Shown here: positions 47,728 to 56,721 of the stretch, piece after piece
Numbering within the stretch: the stretch's first letter is position 1
Layout of the letters: each line of letters opens with the position of its first letter
The notes under the pieces: model-generated
Seen by the model: only the letters and a program-made list of their open reading frames with translations
Told to the model about the DNA's origin: nothing
Database searches by the model: none
IMG/VR virus record: IMGVR_UViG_3300048575_000119
Location: 3,348-67,347 of that record
Reading direction: 5' to 3' (one strand)
DNA length: 64,000 nt
Source: a virus
Translations under genes and position numbers: made by a program

Positions 47728-48059
47728 CACGCTGCCAAACCCTCACCGAGTATTTCCAAGCCGTCGTCGATCGGCACGCCCACCGAGATAAGCTCGTCGC
47801 CTATTCCGAGGGGATGCGCATCGGGTTCACTGATACGACGACGAACGAGACCATCACGGTGTCCTTGGGCGCCATCAAGACGTACTACCACGTTCGCTTG
47901 TTCGAAGATCCTGCGGCGACCGGCCTCCTATTCAGGAAGGATCTTGAGCTTGCCTACAGCGGCGTCACGCCGGACCCCGTGGCACCTCCCACCAAATGGA
48001 CCCGTGAGGAGCTTCCGCTCCCAGGCGGGAACACTGCTGTAGGCTTCACCCGCACATAG
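47724..48059 (+). CDS. Hypothetical protein
   Basis: ATGA-coupled, 111 aa. Confidence 0.55.
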   Translation: MTRCQTLTEYFQAVVDRHAHRDKLVAYSEGMRIGFTDTTTNETITVSLGAIKTYYHVRLFEDPAATGLLFRKDLELAYSGVTPDPVAPPTKWTREELPLPGGNTAVGFTRT

Positions 48060-48066
48060 GAGTCTC

Positions 48067-48303
48067 ATGCCCTACAAGAAATCCATCTGGGCGGGTCTTG
48101 GTAATACGGCCCTCGACGCCGTTGTAGACCACCCTGTGATCACAATCTTGACCATTCTCGCGGTCATCGTGGCTATCTGCGCGGTGCTCATACACGCCCA
48201 AAACCTCGAAGTCATGGAGTGCTCCAAAATGTCCTGCCCGAAGGACATGGAGCCTCGGATGATTCGCTACAGCGGGTGCCTTTGCGTCACCCCGGCAAAG
48301 TGA
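48067..48303 (+). CDS. Small membrane protein with Cys-rich C-terminus
   Basis: AGGAG RBS; TM VITILTILAVIVAICAVL. Confidence 0.5.
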   Translation: MPYKKSIWAGLGNTALDAVVDHPVITILTILAVIVAICAVLIHAQNLEVMECSKMSCPKDMEPRMIRYSGCLCVTPAK

Positions 48304-48309
48304 GGAACG

Positions 48310-49518
48310 ATGCATCAATATCAAGAGCTAGTCCGGCACATTCTCACGAATGGTGTCCGGAAGGAAAACCGTACCGGGGTCGACACGATTTCGACCTTTG
48401 GGTACTACTACGAGCTTGACCTTGAGGAGGGCTTCCCGATCCTCACGACGAAGAAGATCGCGTGGAAGAACATCGTGATCGAGCTGCTTTGGTTCCTTTC
48501 AGGGTCCAACCGGAGCGGCTTCCTCGATCGTCACGGGTGTGGGTTTTGGAAGCCGTGGTACAACCAGCCGACTCAAGCGGACCTCTTCTCGGGCAGTACG
48601 GATGTGACTGTCAACGCCGCCTATGGCCCGGCATGGCGGCGCTTTGAGTACCCCAGCTACCATGAGAGCGAGACGGGCTTGACCGACGACGGCCCTTGCA
48701 CGGGCTACAATGACCAAGTCGCCTGGGTACTCCGCAAGCTCAAGGAGCGGCCGATGAGCCGAGACCTTGTGGTCTCCGCCTGGCAGCCCCATATCGCCCA
48801 GAACCCCCCGAACCCCAAGGCGTACCTCGCGCCTTGTCACTGCATGTGGATTCTCAACGTGCAGAACGAAGAGGTCTTTGAGCGGCGGTACCACGTTCAT
48901 GCGCTACAGGACGGCGTGGTCACGCATTTGGGGACCATCAGGGCGATGTCCGAGCAAGAGGCTACGAATAAGGCCCGAGCAGACTACCCCAATGCGCTTG
49001 ACATGGTGGTGGACGTGGACGCCCAGTACAACTTCGAACTCGCCGTCGCCAAGGGCAAGCGGTGGAACCCCAAGGGGTCGCCTCACGGGTGGCTGGGAGA
49101 GCCCATGACGCCGGATGCCATGAGGCAGCGCCTTTGCCTACACATGACCCAGAGGTCGTGCGATGTAGCCCTCGGGGTCCCGTACAACATCGCCTCCTAC
49201 GCTCTTCTCTTGAGCCTCTTCGCCCGGTTCGCTGGGATGCCACCTGGGATCTTCGGGCACACGCTCATCGACGCGCACATCTACACGTCCAAGCCGGACG
49301 GTACTCAAGCCGAGTATGACCACATCCCGGTGCTCTTGGAGCAACTTGATCGTAAGCCGAAGGCGCTCCCCAAGCTCCGCATTGCCGACGACATCCGGAG
49401 CCTCGAGGACGTTGAGCGCCTCTTGGATCCCAAGTACAGCACGGCGGAGATCATGAGCAAGTTCGTCCTCGAGGGCTACGATCCTGACCCGGCCCTTTCC
49501 TTCAAGGTGGCCGTGTGA
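48310..49518 (+). CDS. thyA: Thymidylate synthase with an approximately 85-aa insertion
   Basis: RTGVDT, ELLWFLSG, YG..WR, LAPCH, QRSCDVALGVPYNIASY, DAHIY. Confidence 0.9.
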   Translation: MHQYQELVRHILTNGVRKENRTGVDTISTFGYYYELDLEEGFPILTTKKIAWKNIVIELLWFLSGSNRSGFLDRHGCGFWKPWYNQPTQADLFSGSTDVTVNAAYGPAWRRFEYPSYHESETGLTDDGPCTGYNDQVAWVLRKLKERPMSRDLVVSAWQPHIAQNPPNPKAYLAPCHCMWILNVQNEEVFERRYHVHALQDGVVTHLGTIRAMSEQEATNKARADYPNALDMVVDVDAQYNFELAVAKGKRWNPKGSPHGWLGEPMTPDAMRQRLCLHMTQRSCDVALGVPYNIASYALLLSLFARFAGMPPGIFGHTLIDAHIYTSKPDGTQAEYDHIPVLLEQLDRKPKALPKLRIADDIRSLEDVERLLDPKYSTAEIMSKFVLEGYDPDPALSFKVAV

Positions 49519-49742
49519 TGGGCTGGCTCAAGCGCAACCTACCGACGTGCCTTGTAGTGGCTGCAATCGCGATCGTCTACTTGGGCGTCGTCAATTGTGA
49601 CTCACAGCCTACACCTCACTGCAATCAGGTCCGGTGTGTGCCGGTCACGACAATCATGCTCATTGGCAAGACCTTCATCCCGGTCACGACCCAAAGCTGC
49701 ACCTGCGTTTCATTTGCGGCGGCTTCAAGCAGCGCACCCTAG
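49515..49742 (+). CDS. Small membrane or secreted protein
   Basis: Hydrophobic N-terminus, Cys-rich; overlaps the thyA stop. Confidence 0.45.
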   Translation: MMGWLKRNLPTCLVVAAIAIVYLGVVNCDSQPTPHCNQVRCVPVTTIMLIGKTFIPVTTQSCTCVSFAAASSSAP

Positions 49743-49750
49743 CGGTGTAG
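49743..49750 (+). promoter_or_regulatory. YGGTGTAG element
   Basis: CGGTGTAG, 8 nt, ATG 49759. Confidence 0.6.
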
Positions 49751-49758
49751 TCTGGGGC

Positions 49759-49977
49759 ATGCCGAAAACCAACCGACCTGTTCGGGAGCTTATGCTCCTC
49801 ACCCTTAAACTTCACGAAGAGATCGATCTCGGTATGGGCGACGAGGCTCAAGCCGATGCGATCCGTGACGACATGGATGACCTTTGGAAGCTGATCCCAA
49901 GGGATGCCAAGGACGCCATTTCCAACATGAGCGGCGCCCTCAATGATGAGCGTAAGCGTCTTGGGGGTAAAGGTTGA
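49759..49977 (+). CDS. Hypothetical protein
   Basis: Leaderless-type start after the motif; 72 aa. Confidence 0.55.
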   Translation: MPKTNRPVRELMLLTLKLHEEIDLGMGDEAQADAIRDDMDDLWKLIPRDAKDAISNMSGALNDERKRLGGKG

Positions 49978-49984
49978 GGTTAAC

Positions 49985-50191
49985 ATGGCAGATCCAGTAC
50001 AAGTAACGCGGGGCGCCTTCACGTACAGCATCGAGGGGGAGCTGGTGACGTGTACTCTGGGGGATCCGAAGGACCCTGAGAGCGAGCACGTCTTCGCCCT
50101 TGATCATAGCTACCTGCCCGAGGTCATCGCGGGGCTACAGGCGATTGTTCGAAGCAAGAAGAGACAAGCCCGGAGGGGTAAAGATGGCTGA
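49985..50191 (+). CDS. Hypothetical protein
   Basis: GAGG RBS before ATG 49985. Confidence 0.5.
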   Translation: MADPVQVTRGAFTYSIEGELVTCTLGDPKDPESEHVFALDHSYLPEVIAGLQAIVRSKKRQARRGKDG

Positions 50192-50420
50192 ACCGATCCA
50201 GATTCACTACTTGACGACCGGCACGTTCTCTTGGGAGCTTCACCTGGACAATGAAGAGGAGACGACCATCGCCAGTGTCTGCGGGGGGCCGCTGCCTCGA
50301 CGAGGGGACCATGTCAGCCATGAGGACTTTGACAAGCCTCTCAAGGTGACGCGCGTCGTTTGGGATATTCGACGCGGATACGGACTACAAGCCGACGTCT
50401 ACGTGGATCCGTTGGTGTAG
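50184..50420 (+). CDS. Hypothetical protein
   Basis: GGAGG RBS; LPRRGDHV...KVTRVVW; ends GTG TAG. Confidence 0.55.
   Translation: MAEPIQIHYLTTGTFSWELHLDNEEETTIASVCGGPLPRRGDHVSHEDFDKPLKVTRVVWDIRRGYGLQADVYVDPLV
50413..50420 (+). promoter_or_regulatory. YGGTGTAG element
   Basis: TGGTGTAG 19 nt before ATG 50440 (AGGAG SD). Confidence 0.55.
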
Positions 50421-50439
50421 CAGGACGCAAGGAGACCCC

Positions 50440-51198
50440 ATGAATTCAGATGAGACCCGTGATCAGAAGATCGCCGAAGAAGCTGATGCCGCCGTCAAGG
50501 ACGTTCTAGCTAACCTCTCCCCCGAAGAGCGTGAGGCGCTTGCTGCGTCCATGGCGAACCCTGTGCGTGGCCCCAGGGACCCTCTGGCCGAGATGGAGGC
50601 TAAGTTCGCGGCGGAGCCGGGGTATGCGGACCTCTCCTACGAAGAGAAGAAGGAATTTCTCAAGGAGAAGATCCGAACCATGCCTAAGCCGGATCGGAAG
50701 GCTCTGGTCAAGGCTATGGCGAAGCGTATGCGCCCGCGTGGCCCTGCGCCCGTCAAGCAGCCTCCGATGCCCAAGCCCAACGACCCCTGCCCATGCGGGG
50801 CCGAGAATGACGACGGTAAGCCTATCAAGTTCAAGAAGTGCTGTGGATCCAACCGAGGAGACCTGGTGTACTTCGTGGCCCGAGGCGAAGAGGCCCTGAT
50901 GAACGACTTGGGGCAAGTCCTGATCTTCGAATCGCCGACCCACGCTGTGGCAGGAGCAAGGCACTACGGGTGGACAGACGGGGACGTTATCCCGCTCCCT
51001 CCGGCACGCTTTGAGAAGTTCAAGGGGCAGATCCCCTACGTCCACGTGGTGACCAAGGAGTTTGACGTCGCCAAGACAGAGGACGAGGAGAAGGCTGAGC
51101 CCCCGGCTATCGCCATCACGTCCGTTGCTCAAATCATGTCCGATGCAATCGCCAAGGAGACCTCGGATGAAGAGCAAGGCTCTACAGCAAGCCCTTGA
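50440..51198 (+). CDS. SEC-C motif (zinc-binding) protein
   Basis: PKPNDPCPCG...KFKKCCG. Confidence 0.7.
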   Translation: MNSDETRDQKIAEEADAAVKDVLANLSPEEREALAASMANPVRGPRDPLAEMEAKFAAEPGYADLSYEEKKEFLKEKIRTMPKPDRKALVKAMAKRMRPRGPAPVKQPPMPKPNDPCPCGAENDDGKPIKFKKCCGSNRGDLVYFVARGEEALMNDLGQVLIFESPTHAVAGARHYGWTDGDVIPLPPARFEKFKGQIPYVHVVTKEFDVAKTEDEEKAEPPAIAITSVAQIMSDAIAKETSDEEQGSTASP

Positions 51199-51469
51199 GG
51201 TTGCCAAGCAAGAGGTGAAGCCCTTGGGGGAGTCCTTGCGACGCGTCCACCGTCGCAAGGTCGAGATGGCGAGGGCTCAGAAGTACGACGGGAGGCAGAC
51301 GGCGTACGCCGAGATCAACCAGATTGACTTCCGAGAGGCGTGGCGTCGTGCCGTCGAGGTTGACGCGGGGATTCCAGACGAGCCCCCAACGGACCTCCCG
51401 GATGAAGCCAAACGGGCGATCATCACGCTTGCCAGGTCCCTAGCCGTATTGGAAAAGGAATGGTGCTGA
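51167..51469 (+). CDS. Hypothetical protein
   Basis: AAGGAG before ATG 51167. Confidence 0.5.
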   Translation: MKSKALQQALEVAKQEVKPLGESLRRVHRRKVEMARAQKYDGRQTAYAEINQIDFREAWRRAVEVDAGIPDEPPTDLPDEAKRAIITLARSLAVLEKEWC

Positions 51470-51470
51470 C

Positions 51471-51983
51471 ATGAAGATGATCGTCGCGATGGATCCCACT
51501 GGGATCATCGGGGTTAACGGAGGTATGCCCTGGCACTACAAGGCTGACTTCAAGCGATTCAAGGAGATGACCATGGGGGGGACGCTAATCATGGGTCGCA
51601 AGACCTGGGAGAGCCTCCCCGGGCCTCTTCCGGGGCGCCGTTCGATCGTCTTGACCCGAGCCCCTAACTACACGGCGGTAGGGGCAGAGGTCTATGCTGG
51701 GATCGATGCAGCTATCCTTGCGGCAGGTAGTGACCAGCACGGCCCCTCCAACGGGGTCTGGATTTGTGGTGGGGCGGAGATCTACCGCCTCTTCCTTGAG
51801 CAGGCTTGCGCGGACATCGAAATGGTGGACGTGACGATCGTCCCGGCCGTGGAAATCACGACCGACGAGCAGGATGTCACTCGCTTCCCCATTAATCTCC
51901 TTGAGGAGCGCTTCATAGGCGTAGGCGGCTACGTGAATAGCGCCGATCTACGGCTCACCCACAAGCAGTACATGAGAAGGTAG
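51471..51983 (+). CDS. folA: Dihydrofolate reductase
   Basis: IVAMD..GIIG..GGMPW...DFKRFKEMTMG..LIMGRKTWESL..PLPGRRSIVLTR, WICGGAEIY. Confidence 0.92.
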   Translation: MKMIVAMDPTGIIGVNGGMPWHYKADFKRFKEMTMGGTLIMGRKTWESLPGPLPGRRSIVLTRAPNYTAVGAEVYAGIDAAILAAGSDQHGPSNGVWICGGAEIYRLFLEQACADIEMVDVTIVPAVEITTDEQDVTRFPINLLEERFIGVGGYVNSADLRLTHKQYMRR

Positions 51984-51985
51984 AC

Positions 51986-52360
51986 ATGGAGAGTACATCT
52001 TACTTCGCCGTTGAGGTGAAGCGTGGGGAAACACCTCACGTAGTAGCAGGAGTTGTCATCAATGCCGCCATCGCGGCGGGGCTCAAGTTCAAGGAGCTTG
52101 AGGTGATGGGAGACCTTGAGATTGCGGGCGCCAAGTTCGTCCGATTCCGGGCGGATGTGTACAGCATCAAAGAGGCCCTCGATAAGGTCAAGGATCGTGG
52201 GCTCATTCAGCTTCAGGGGACGACGTTCCAAGTAGCCCTCACGAATGGGCGCAAGGGGACGCTGCCTCTCGAGCGTATGCTTGTGACCCCGAGGATGGAT
52301 CAAGCTGTCAAGTACAGGGGTCCTGGCCAGCCCTACGCCGAACGCCAATTCGAATCGTGA
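51986..52360 (+). CDS. Hypothetical protein
   Basis: 124 aa, packed after folA. Confidence 0.55.
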   Translation: MESTSYFAVEVKRGETPHVVAGVVINAAIAAGLKFKELEVMGDLEIAGAKFVRFRADVYSIKEALDKVKDRGLIQLQGTTFQVALTNGRKGTLPLERMLVTPRMDQAVKYRGPGQPYAERQFES

Positions 52361-52385
52361 TCCCTTTTATGGCGGCGCCCTGGTT

Positions 52386-53153
52386 ATGCGGGTAGCAGCT
52401 ATCCAAATGCAGCCGGTCTTCAAAGACCATCCAGGAAACATCCGAAAGGCCATGCTGCTGGCCTCCAAGGCCGCCAAAGACGGCGCCAAGCTCATCGTTC
52501 TCCCCGAGCTATGCACGACGGGCTACTCCTTCATGAGTGCCGAATCAGCTCGACACTATGCCGAGACCTTGAGTGACTTCGACCCCAGCAAGCGAATCCC
52601 TGACAGCGGGGCGTGCTCTTGCCCGAGCATGTACGTCATGCACCGGGTAGCGGCATCGTTCGACACCTACGTAGCTTGGGGGCTCGTAGAGGCGGACCCT
52701 GGAACGGGGCACCTGTACAACGCTCAGGTCCTCATGGCGCCGGATGGCTCCTGGGAAAGCTACCGCAAGGTCAACCTCTGGGGTAATGACTTCCTCTGGG
52801 CCAAGCCGGGGCGCGCTAACCCTCCGGTGGTCCCGACGCCTCATGGAAAGATCGGGCTCCTTGTTTGCCGCGACGTGCGGGACAAGAGCGACAAGCTCGA
52901 CTCATTCTATGAGAAGGGTGACGCCGACATCGTTGCCTTCTCCGCCAATTGGGGCAAAGGGGGCTTCCCAGCGGTACACTGGATGGAGTTCGCCTCGGAC
53001 AATGCCACAACGCTGGTCGTGGCCAATCGTTACGGGATCGAAGATAATAACGACTTCGGTCTTGGTGGAATTTGCATCATTCGCCCGGACGGCACGGTAA
53101 ATTGCGACGGCCTTCTTTGGGGCGCCAACTGCATTGTAGCAGGAGACCTGTGA
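52386..53153 (+). CDS. Carbon-nitrogen hydrolase (nitrilase superfamily)
   Basis: Catalytic triad contexts LPELCTTGY (E), YRKVNL (K), GLLVCRD (C). Confidence 0.85.
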   Translation: MRVAAIQMQPVFKDHPGNIRKAMLLASKAAKDGAKLIVLPELCTTGYSFMSAESARHYAETLSDFDPSKRIPDSGACSCPSMYVMHRVAASFDTYVAWGLVEADPGTGHLYNAQVLMAPDGSWESYRKVNLWGNDFLWAKPGRANPPVVPTPHGKIGLLVCRDVRDKSDKLDSFYEKGDADIVAFSANWGKGGFPAVHWMEFASDNATTLVVANRYGIEDNNDFGLGGICIIRPDGTVNCDGLLWGANCIVAGDL

Positions 53154-54163
53154 CGAAACATATCGCGAGAAACGTTGCCCGTCGTTACGCCAACGGACGG
53201 ATCCTACCGGAGATGCTCAAGGCGCTCGATCAGCTCGATCAGCTTGACGAGAATCTCACGAAGCTCGAGACGACCTTCGACATGCACTTTGCGGCGGCAA
53301 CCCCCGAGGTCAAGGGGCACATGGATTCGCTCGTCAAGGCCATCGAAGGGTTGAAGACGGCCAAGATGGTGCTTGACGGGCTCAACAAGCTCGTCGCAAC
53401 GTTCCCCGAGGACAAGGGCGCGGCTAAGGCCAAGGTCGAGGCCGAACGTATGGTTGACCGCTTCGAGAAGCACATCGAGAAGACCAGGAAGATCGTCCGG
53501 ACCCTTTCCGCCAAGGCGATGCCCAAGGCCCTCAAGGATCTTGGGGCCAAGATCGAAAAGATCATCAAGGCCAAGCTGGTGAACCCATCGGTGCTCGAGG
53601 TCCTCCCTTGGCAAGATACACAGACCCACACCGCACCCTACTTGATCTTCTTCCGGATCCAGGATAAGTCGTTCCATAACGGGCGCGTAGAGGTACGCAT
53701 CGAAGAAAACATCTCGTCAACGGATGGACCATCGTTGTACGATGGGTATAACATTACCCGAAATATCACGGCGGACAAAGCCGCTGAGGCATTCTTCGCG
53801 AAGCTGCGTGGGTGGGATGGCATCAAGGGCGGGGCTGAAGAGAAGACCCTCCGGAAGATGCGGTGCGTTGGGATTGAAGGCGCAATCAAGAGCATCACCA
53901 ACTCGCTCGGTTGGATGACAGATCCTCCCACGGTTTCCGATGACTACCTCACGGTTGAGGGATCCTACCGTGCCGGATCCTTGCCCAAGGAGGGCGCATA
54001 CGAGCTAGGCGAGTATGAGTACGAGCAATTGGTGATGGCGGAGCGCGCCAAGTGTCAGAAGGCGGTAGATGCGAAGCTCGCCCCCTACAAGGACGTCATC
54101 AAGAACACCGAGATCAGCTTCGGCGAGAAAAGCTGGGTCTACATCACCGTCCACCTGAAGTAA
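53150..54163 (+). CDS. Hypothetical protein, possible internal virion protein
   Basis: AGGAG plus GTG 53150; N-terminal RNVARRYA; Lys/Glu-rich coiled coil. Confidence 0.55.
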   Translation: MTKHIARNVARRYANGRILPEMLKALDQLDQLDENLTKLETTFDMHFAAATPEVKGHMDSLVKAIEGLKTAKMVLDGLNKLVATFPEDKGAAKAKVEAERMVDRFEKHIEKTRKIVRTLSAKAMPKALKDLGAKIEKIIKAKLVNPSVLEVLPWQDTQTHTAPYLIFFRIQDKSFHNGRVEVRIEENISSTDGPSLYDGYNITRNITADKAAEAFFAKLRGWDGIKGGAEEKTLRKMRCVGIEGAIKSITNSLGWMTDPPTVSDDYLTVEGSYRAGSLPKEGAYELGEYEYEQLVMAERAKCQKAVDAKLAPYKDVIKNTEISFGEKSWVYITVHLK

Positions 54164-54172
54164 GCACGTGCC

Positions 54173-54180
54173 CGGTGTAG
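54173..54180 (+). promoter_or_regulatory. YGGTGTAG element
   Basis: CGGTGTAG, 8 nt, ATG 54189. Confidence 0.6.
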
Positions 54181-54188
54181 ATCCGGGC

Positions 54189-55487
54189 ATGACTACTACA
54201 ACGCCCACCATCGAACGTTGCTCCTTCTGCAAGCGCCCTCGCAACGAGGTCAAGCAGCTCATTGCAGGCCCTGACGGCGCCTTCATCTGCAACAAATGCA
54301 TCGCGGCGGCGGCTAAGGCCGTCGAATCCGCCGCCAAGGGGGCGACCCCCGAAGCCACCAAGGAAGAGCCTCTCCGCAAGCCCAAAGAGATCCGGGCCTA
54401 CCTTGACGAACACATCATCGGGCAGGAAAAGGCCAAGGTCGACGTTTCTGTCGCCATCTACAATCACTTCAAGCGGCGCGTCACCTGTCAAAAGGGCATC
54501 CCCAACACGACCGGGGTGGAGATCCAGAAGTCCAACATCCTCCTCATGGGACCCTCGGGGACGGGAAAGACGGAGATCGCCCGAACGATCGCGCGTCTCC
54601 TCAAGGTCCCCTTCTACGTCGCGGATGCGACCAGGCTCACGCAGGCGGGCTACGTTGGGGACGATGTTGAAAGCCTCCTCCAGGGGCTCCTGGCCGACGC
54701 GGACGGGGATGTTGAACGGGCGGAATGGGGCATCATCTTCATCGACGAATTTGACAAGCTCGCCAGGAAGAGCGGGCGCGGGGCTTCGGGCTACCGTGAC
54801 GTTTCCGGTGAGGGCGTGCAGCAGGCGCTTCTCAAGATGCTTGAGGGCGGCAAGGTGCAGGTCCCTCGGGGCATGAACGCCCGCGTCGTGAGCGCCAGCG
54901 GGCAGGCCGTCGATATGATTGACACGCGCAACGTCCTCTTCATCTGCGCGGGCTCCTTTGCGGGGATCGAGGAGGCGGTCGGGCAGCGCCTCAACAAGGA
55001 CGCCCGGGTGGGCTTCGGGACCGCCAAGAAGAAGATCGCTCCGGACGAGGTCTATACGGCCATCACGGAGGACGATATCCTTGACTTCGGAATCATCCCG
55101 GAGCTGATCGGTCGTATCCCCATCCACACGACCACGCTGCCTTTGTCCGAGGACGATATGGTGCGCGTCCTGACCGAGCCCAAGAATTCCCTGGTCAAGC
55201 AATACCAGGCCCTCTTCGCTATGGACAACGTCGAGCTATCGTTCGACGAGGCGGCGCTTCGGTCGATCGGGCGCAAGGCCAATGAGCGCACCACGGGCGC
55301 GAGGGCGCTGCGTAGTATCATGGAAGAGATCCTCCGGGCCTACGCCTACACGGTCCCCAGTGAGCCTGACGTGCGCGCCATCCACATAACGGAGATGGCC
55401 GTCAACGGCGGGGACGCAGTCATCATGCGCGGCGAGGCCCCGGTGGCCTCCGCAGAAGAGCCTCAGATCCGGCTCGCCAAGGGCTGA
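54189..55487 (+). CDS. clpX: ATP-dependent Clp protease ATP-binding subunit ClpX
   Basis: CSFC...C..C zinc domain, KSNILLMGPSGTGKT, GYVGDD, FIDEFDK, RDVSGEGVQQALLK, VGF loop, GARALR. Confidence 0.92.
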   Translation: MTTTTPTIERCSFCKRPRNEVKQLIAGPDGAFICNKCIAAAAKAVESAAKGATPEATKEEPLRKPKEIRAYLDEHIIGQEKAKVDVSVAIYNHFKRRVTCQKGIPNTTGVEIQKSNILLMGPSGTGKTEIARTIARLLKVPFYVADATRLTQAGYVGDDVESLLQGLLADADGDVERAEWGIIFIDEFDKLARKSGRGASGYRDVSGEGVQQALLKMLEGGKVQVPRGMNARVVSASGQAVDMIDTRNVLFICAGSFAGIEEAVGQRLNKDARVGFGTAKKKIAPDEVYTAITEDDILDFGIIPELIGRIPIHTTTLPLSEDDMVRVLTEPKNSLVKQYQALFAMDNVELSFDEAALRSIGRKANERTTGARALRSIMEEILRAYAYTVPSEPDVRAIHITEMAVNGGDAVIMRGEAPVASAEEPQIRLAKG

Positions 55488-55514
55488 GGATTGTTCTTTT
55501 CCTCCCACTAAGGT

Positions 55515-56713
55515 ATGCTCGTCACGTCCAGCTTTCAGGGTTCGGTCTACCTTCGGAGCGCACACGCCCTCGATGAGGGCGGCTTGAATGAAATCTACAA
55601 CGCGAACTACGAGTTCGCGGATGGTGAGGTGAAGGGCTCTTCTCTTGTCCAAAACGTGGAAATGTACACGGACTACAAGAAGGGCATCGGCCGGGGTATC
55701 GTTTACGCCCTCAACCCTGACTACAACTACATCTACAAGATCGAGCGACCCCTACGGATCTTCGAGAAGAAGCGCGAAGACTTTCTCTACGCGATCAAGC
55801 GAGGTATGGTCGACCTCGACCTCATTGCGAAGCAGCACCCCAAGCTGACGCAAGAGGCGGCCATTGAAGAGGTCCTCAAAGAGGTCCTTGGTGAGGGCGT
55901 CTACTACCTCCAGTACTTCAAGAAGGCCCCCTTCATGAAGTACTATGACGGCGTTCAGGTCCACAAGACGGCTGACATGAAGTATTGGGGCAACGTGGGG
56001 ATCTGGCTTTCGATCATCCAGACCGGCGCGGACCTGATCGACGGTAACGTCAAGCGGTTCGTCAAGGAGGCGCCGGGGACGGTCCCAGATATCCCTTCGG
56101 ACATCGTAGAGGAGCTGGTTGACTACACGGCTAAGGCGGGCGGCCGTATTGGGACGCGTGCCAAGAAGTGGCTCCAAGAGAACATCAAGCCGCCTTACGG
56201 GTCCATCAAGGTCTACCGGGGCGTGAAGCTCGACAGCTACGATGTCAAAGGGCTCACCGAAGATGCTCAGACTTACTTGGGGCTCTCCAAGCTCACGGAC
56301 GTCCATAAGGGCGCCGTGGCGACGCTTAGCCGGGGCGAGCGTCGTCTTGGTCACAGACGCCCCAGATATCCCGAGAGTTCGCCAATTTGGGAGCCATGCA
56401 CCTCCTCTTGCAAGCTGAGCTGAAGCCCAAGCAGATCATCGTTGACCTCACCTTGCTCCCTATGGGCATCCGTACCAAGTTCAGGCACTTCAGCCAGAAC
56501 GAGGTCATTGCCGCGCCGGGAAAGATCCCGGCGAAGATCATCTCCATAGGGGTTTCGGAGTACCTCCTGAAGCATCTGGAGACACCCACGCAGTATTCGG
56601 ACCCTGCTCTCCAGAACTACGAGTGGGTTCCCCGCTACGGGTTCATCGAAAAGAAGGCCGATCTCGCGCGGAAGATCATGGCCCGTTATCTTGGGACTAC
56701 AGATATGGTGTAG
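55515..56713 (+). pseudogene. ADP-ribosyltransferase-like gene split by a -1 frameshift at about 56339 (real lesion or sequence error)
   Basis: Frame 0 has KVYRG. After GGC GAG, frame 2 reads ASSWSQTPQISREFA...QNEVI, giving the R-S-E motif set across two ORFs (55515-56423 and 56387-56713). Confidence 0.65.
56706..56713 (+). promoter_or_regulatory. YGGTGTAG element
   Basis: TGGTGTAG, 8 nt, ATG 56722. Confidence 0.6.
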
Positions 56714-56721
56714 TAGTGAGC

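Noticed and set aside
35469-49518. Inteins in DnaB, PolA or ThyA
   Set aside because: No C/S...HN splice-junction motifs and no LAGLIDADG blocks; the ThyA insert is reported as a domain insertion instead.
48310-51983. Hypermodified-base pathway (ThyA homolog as a hydroxymethylase plus a polyamine donor)
   Set aside because: ThyA has the dUMP-type Asn and a DHFR partner, consistent with ordinary dTMP synthesis; no kinase, glycosyltransferase or transferase genes for modification are seen in the window.
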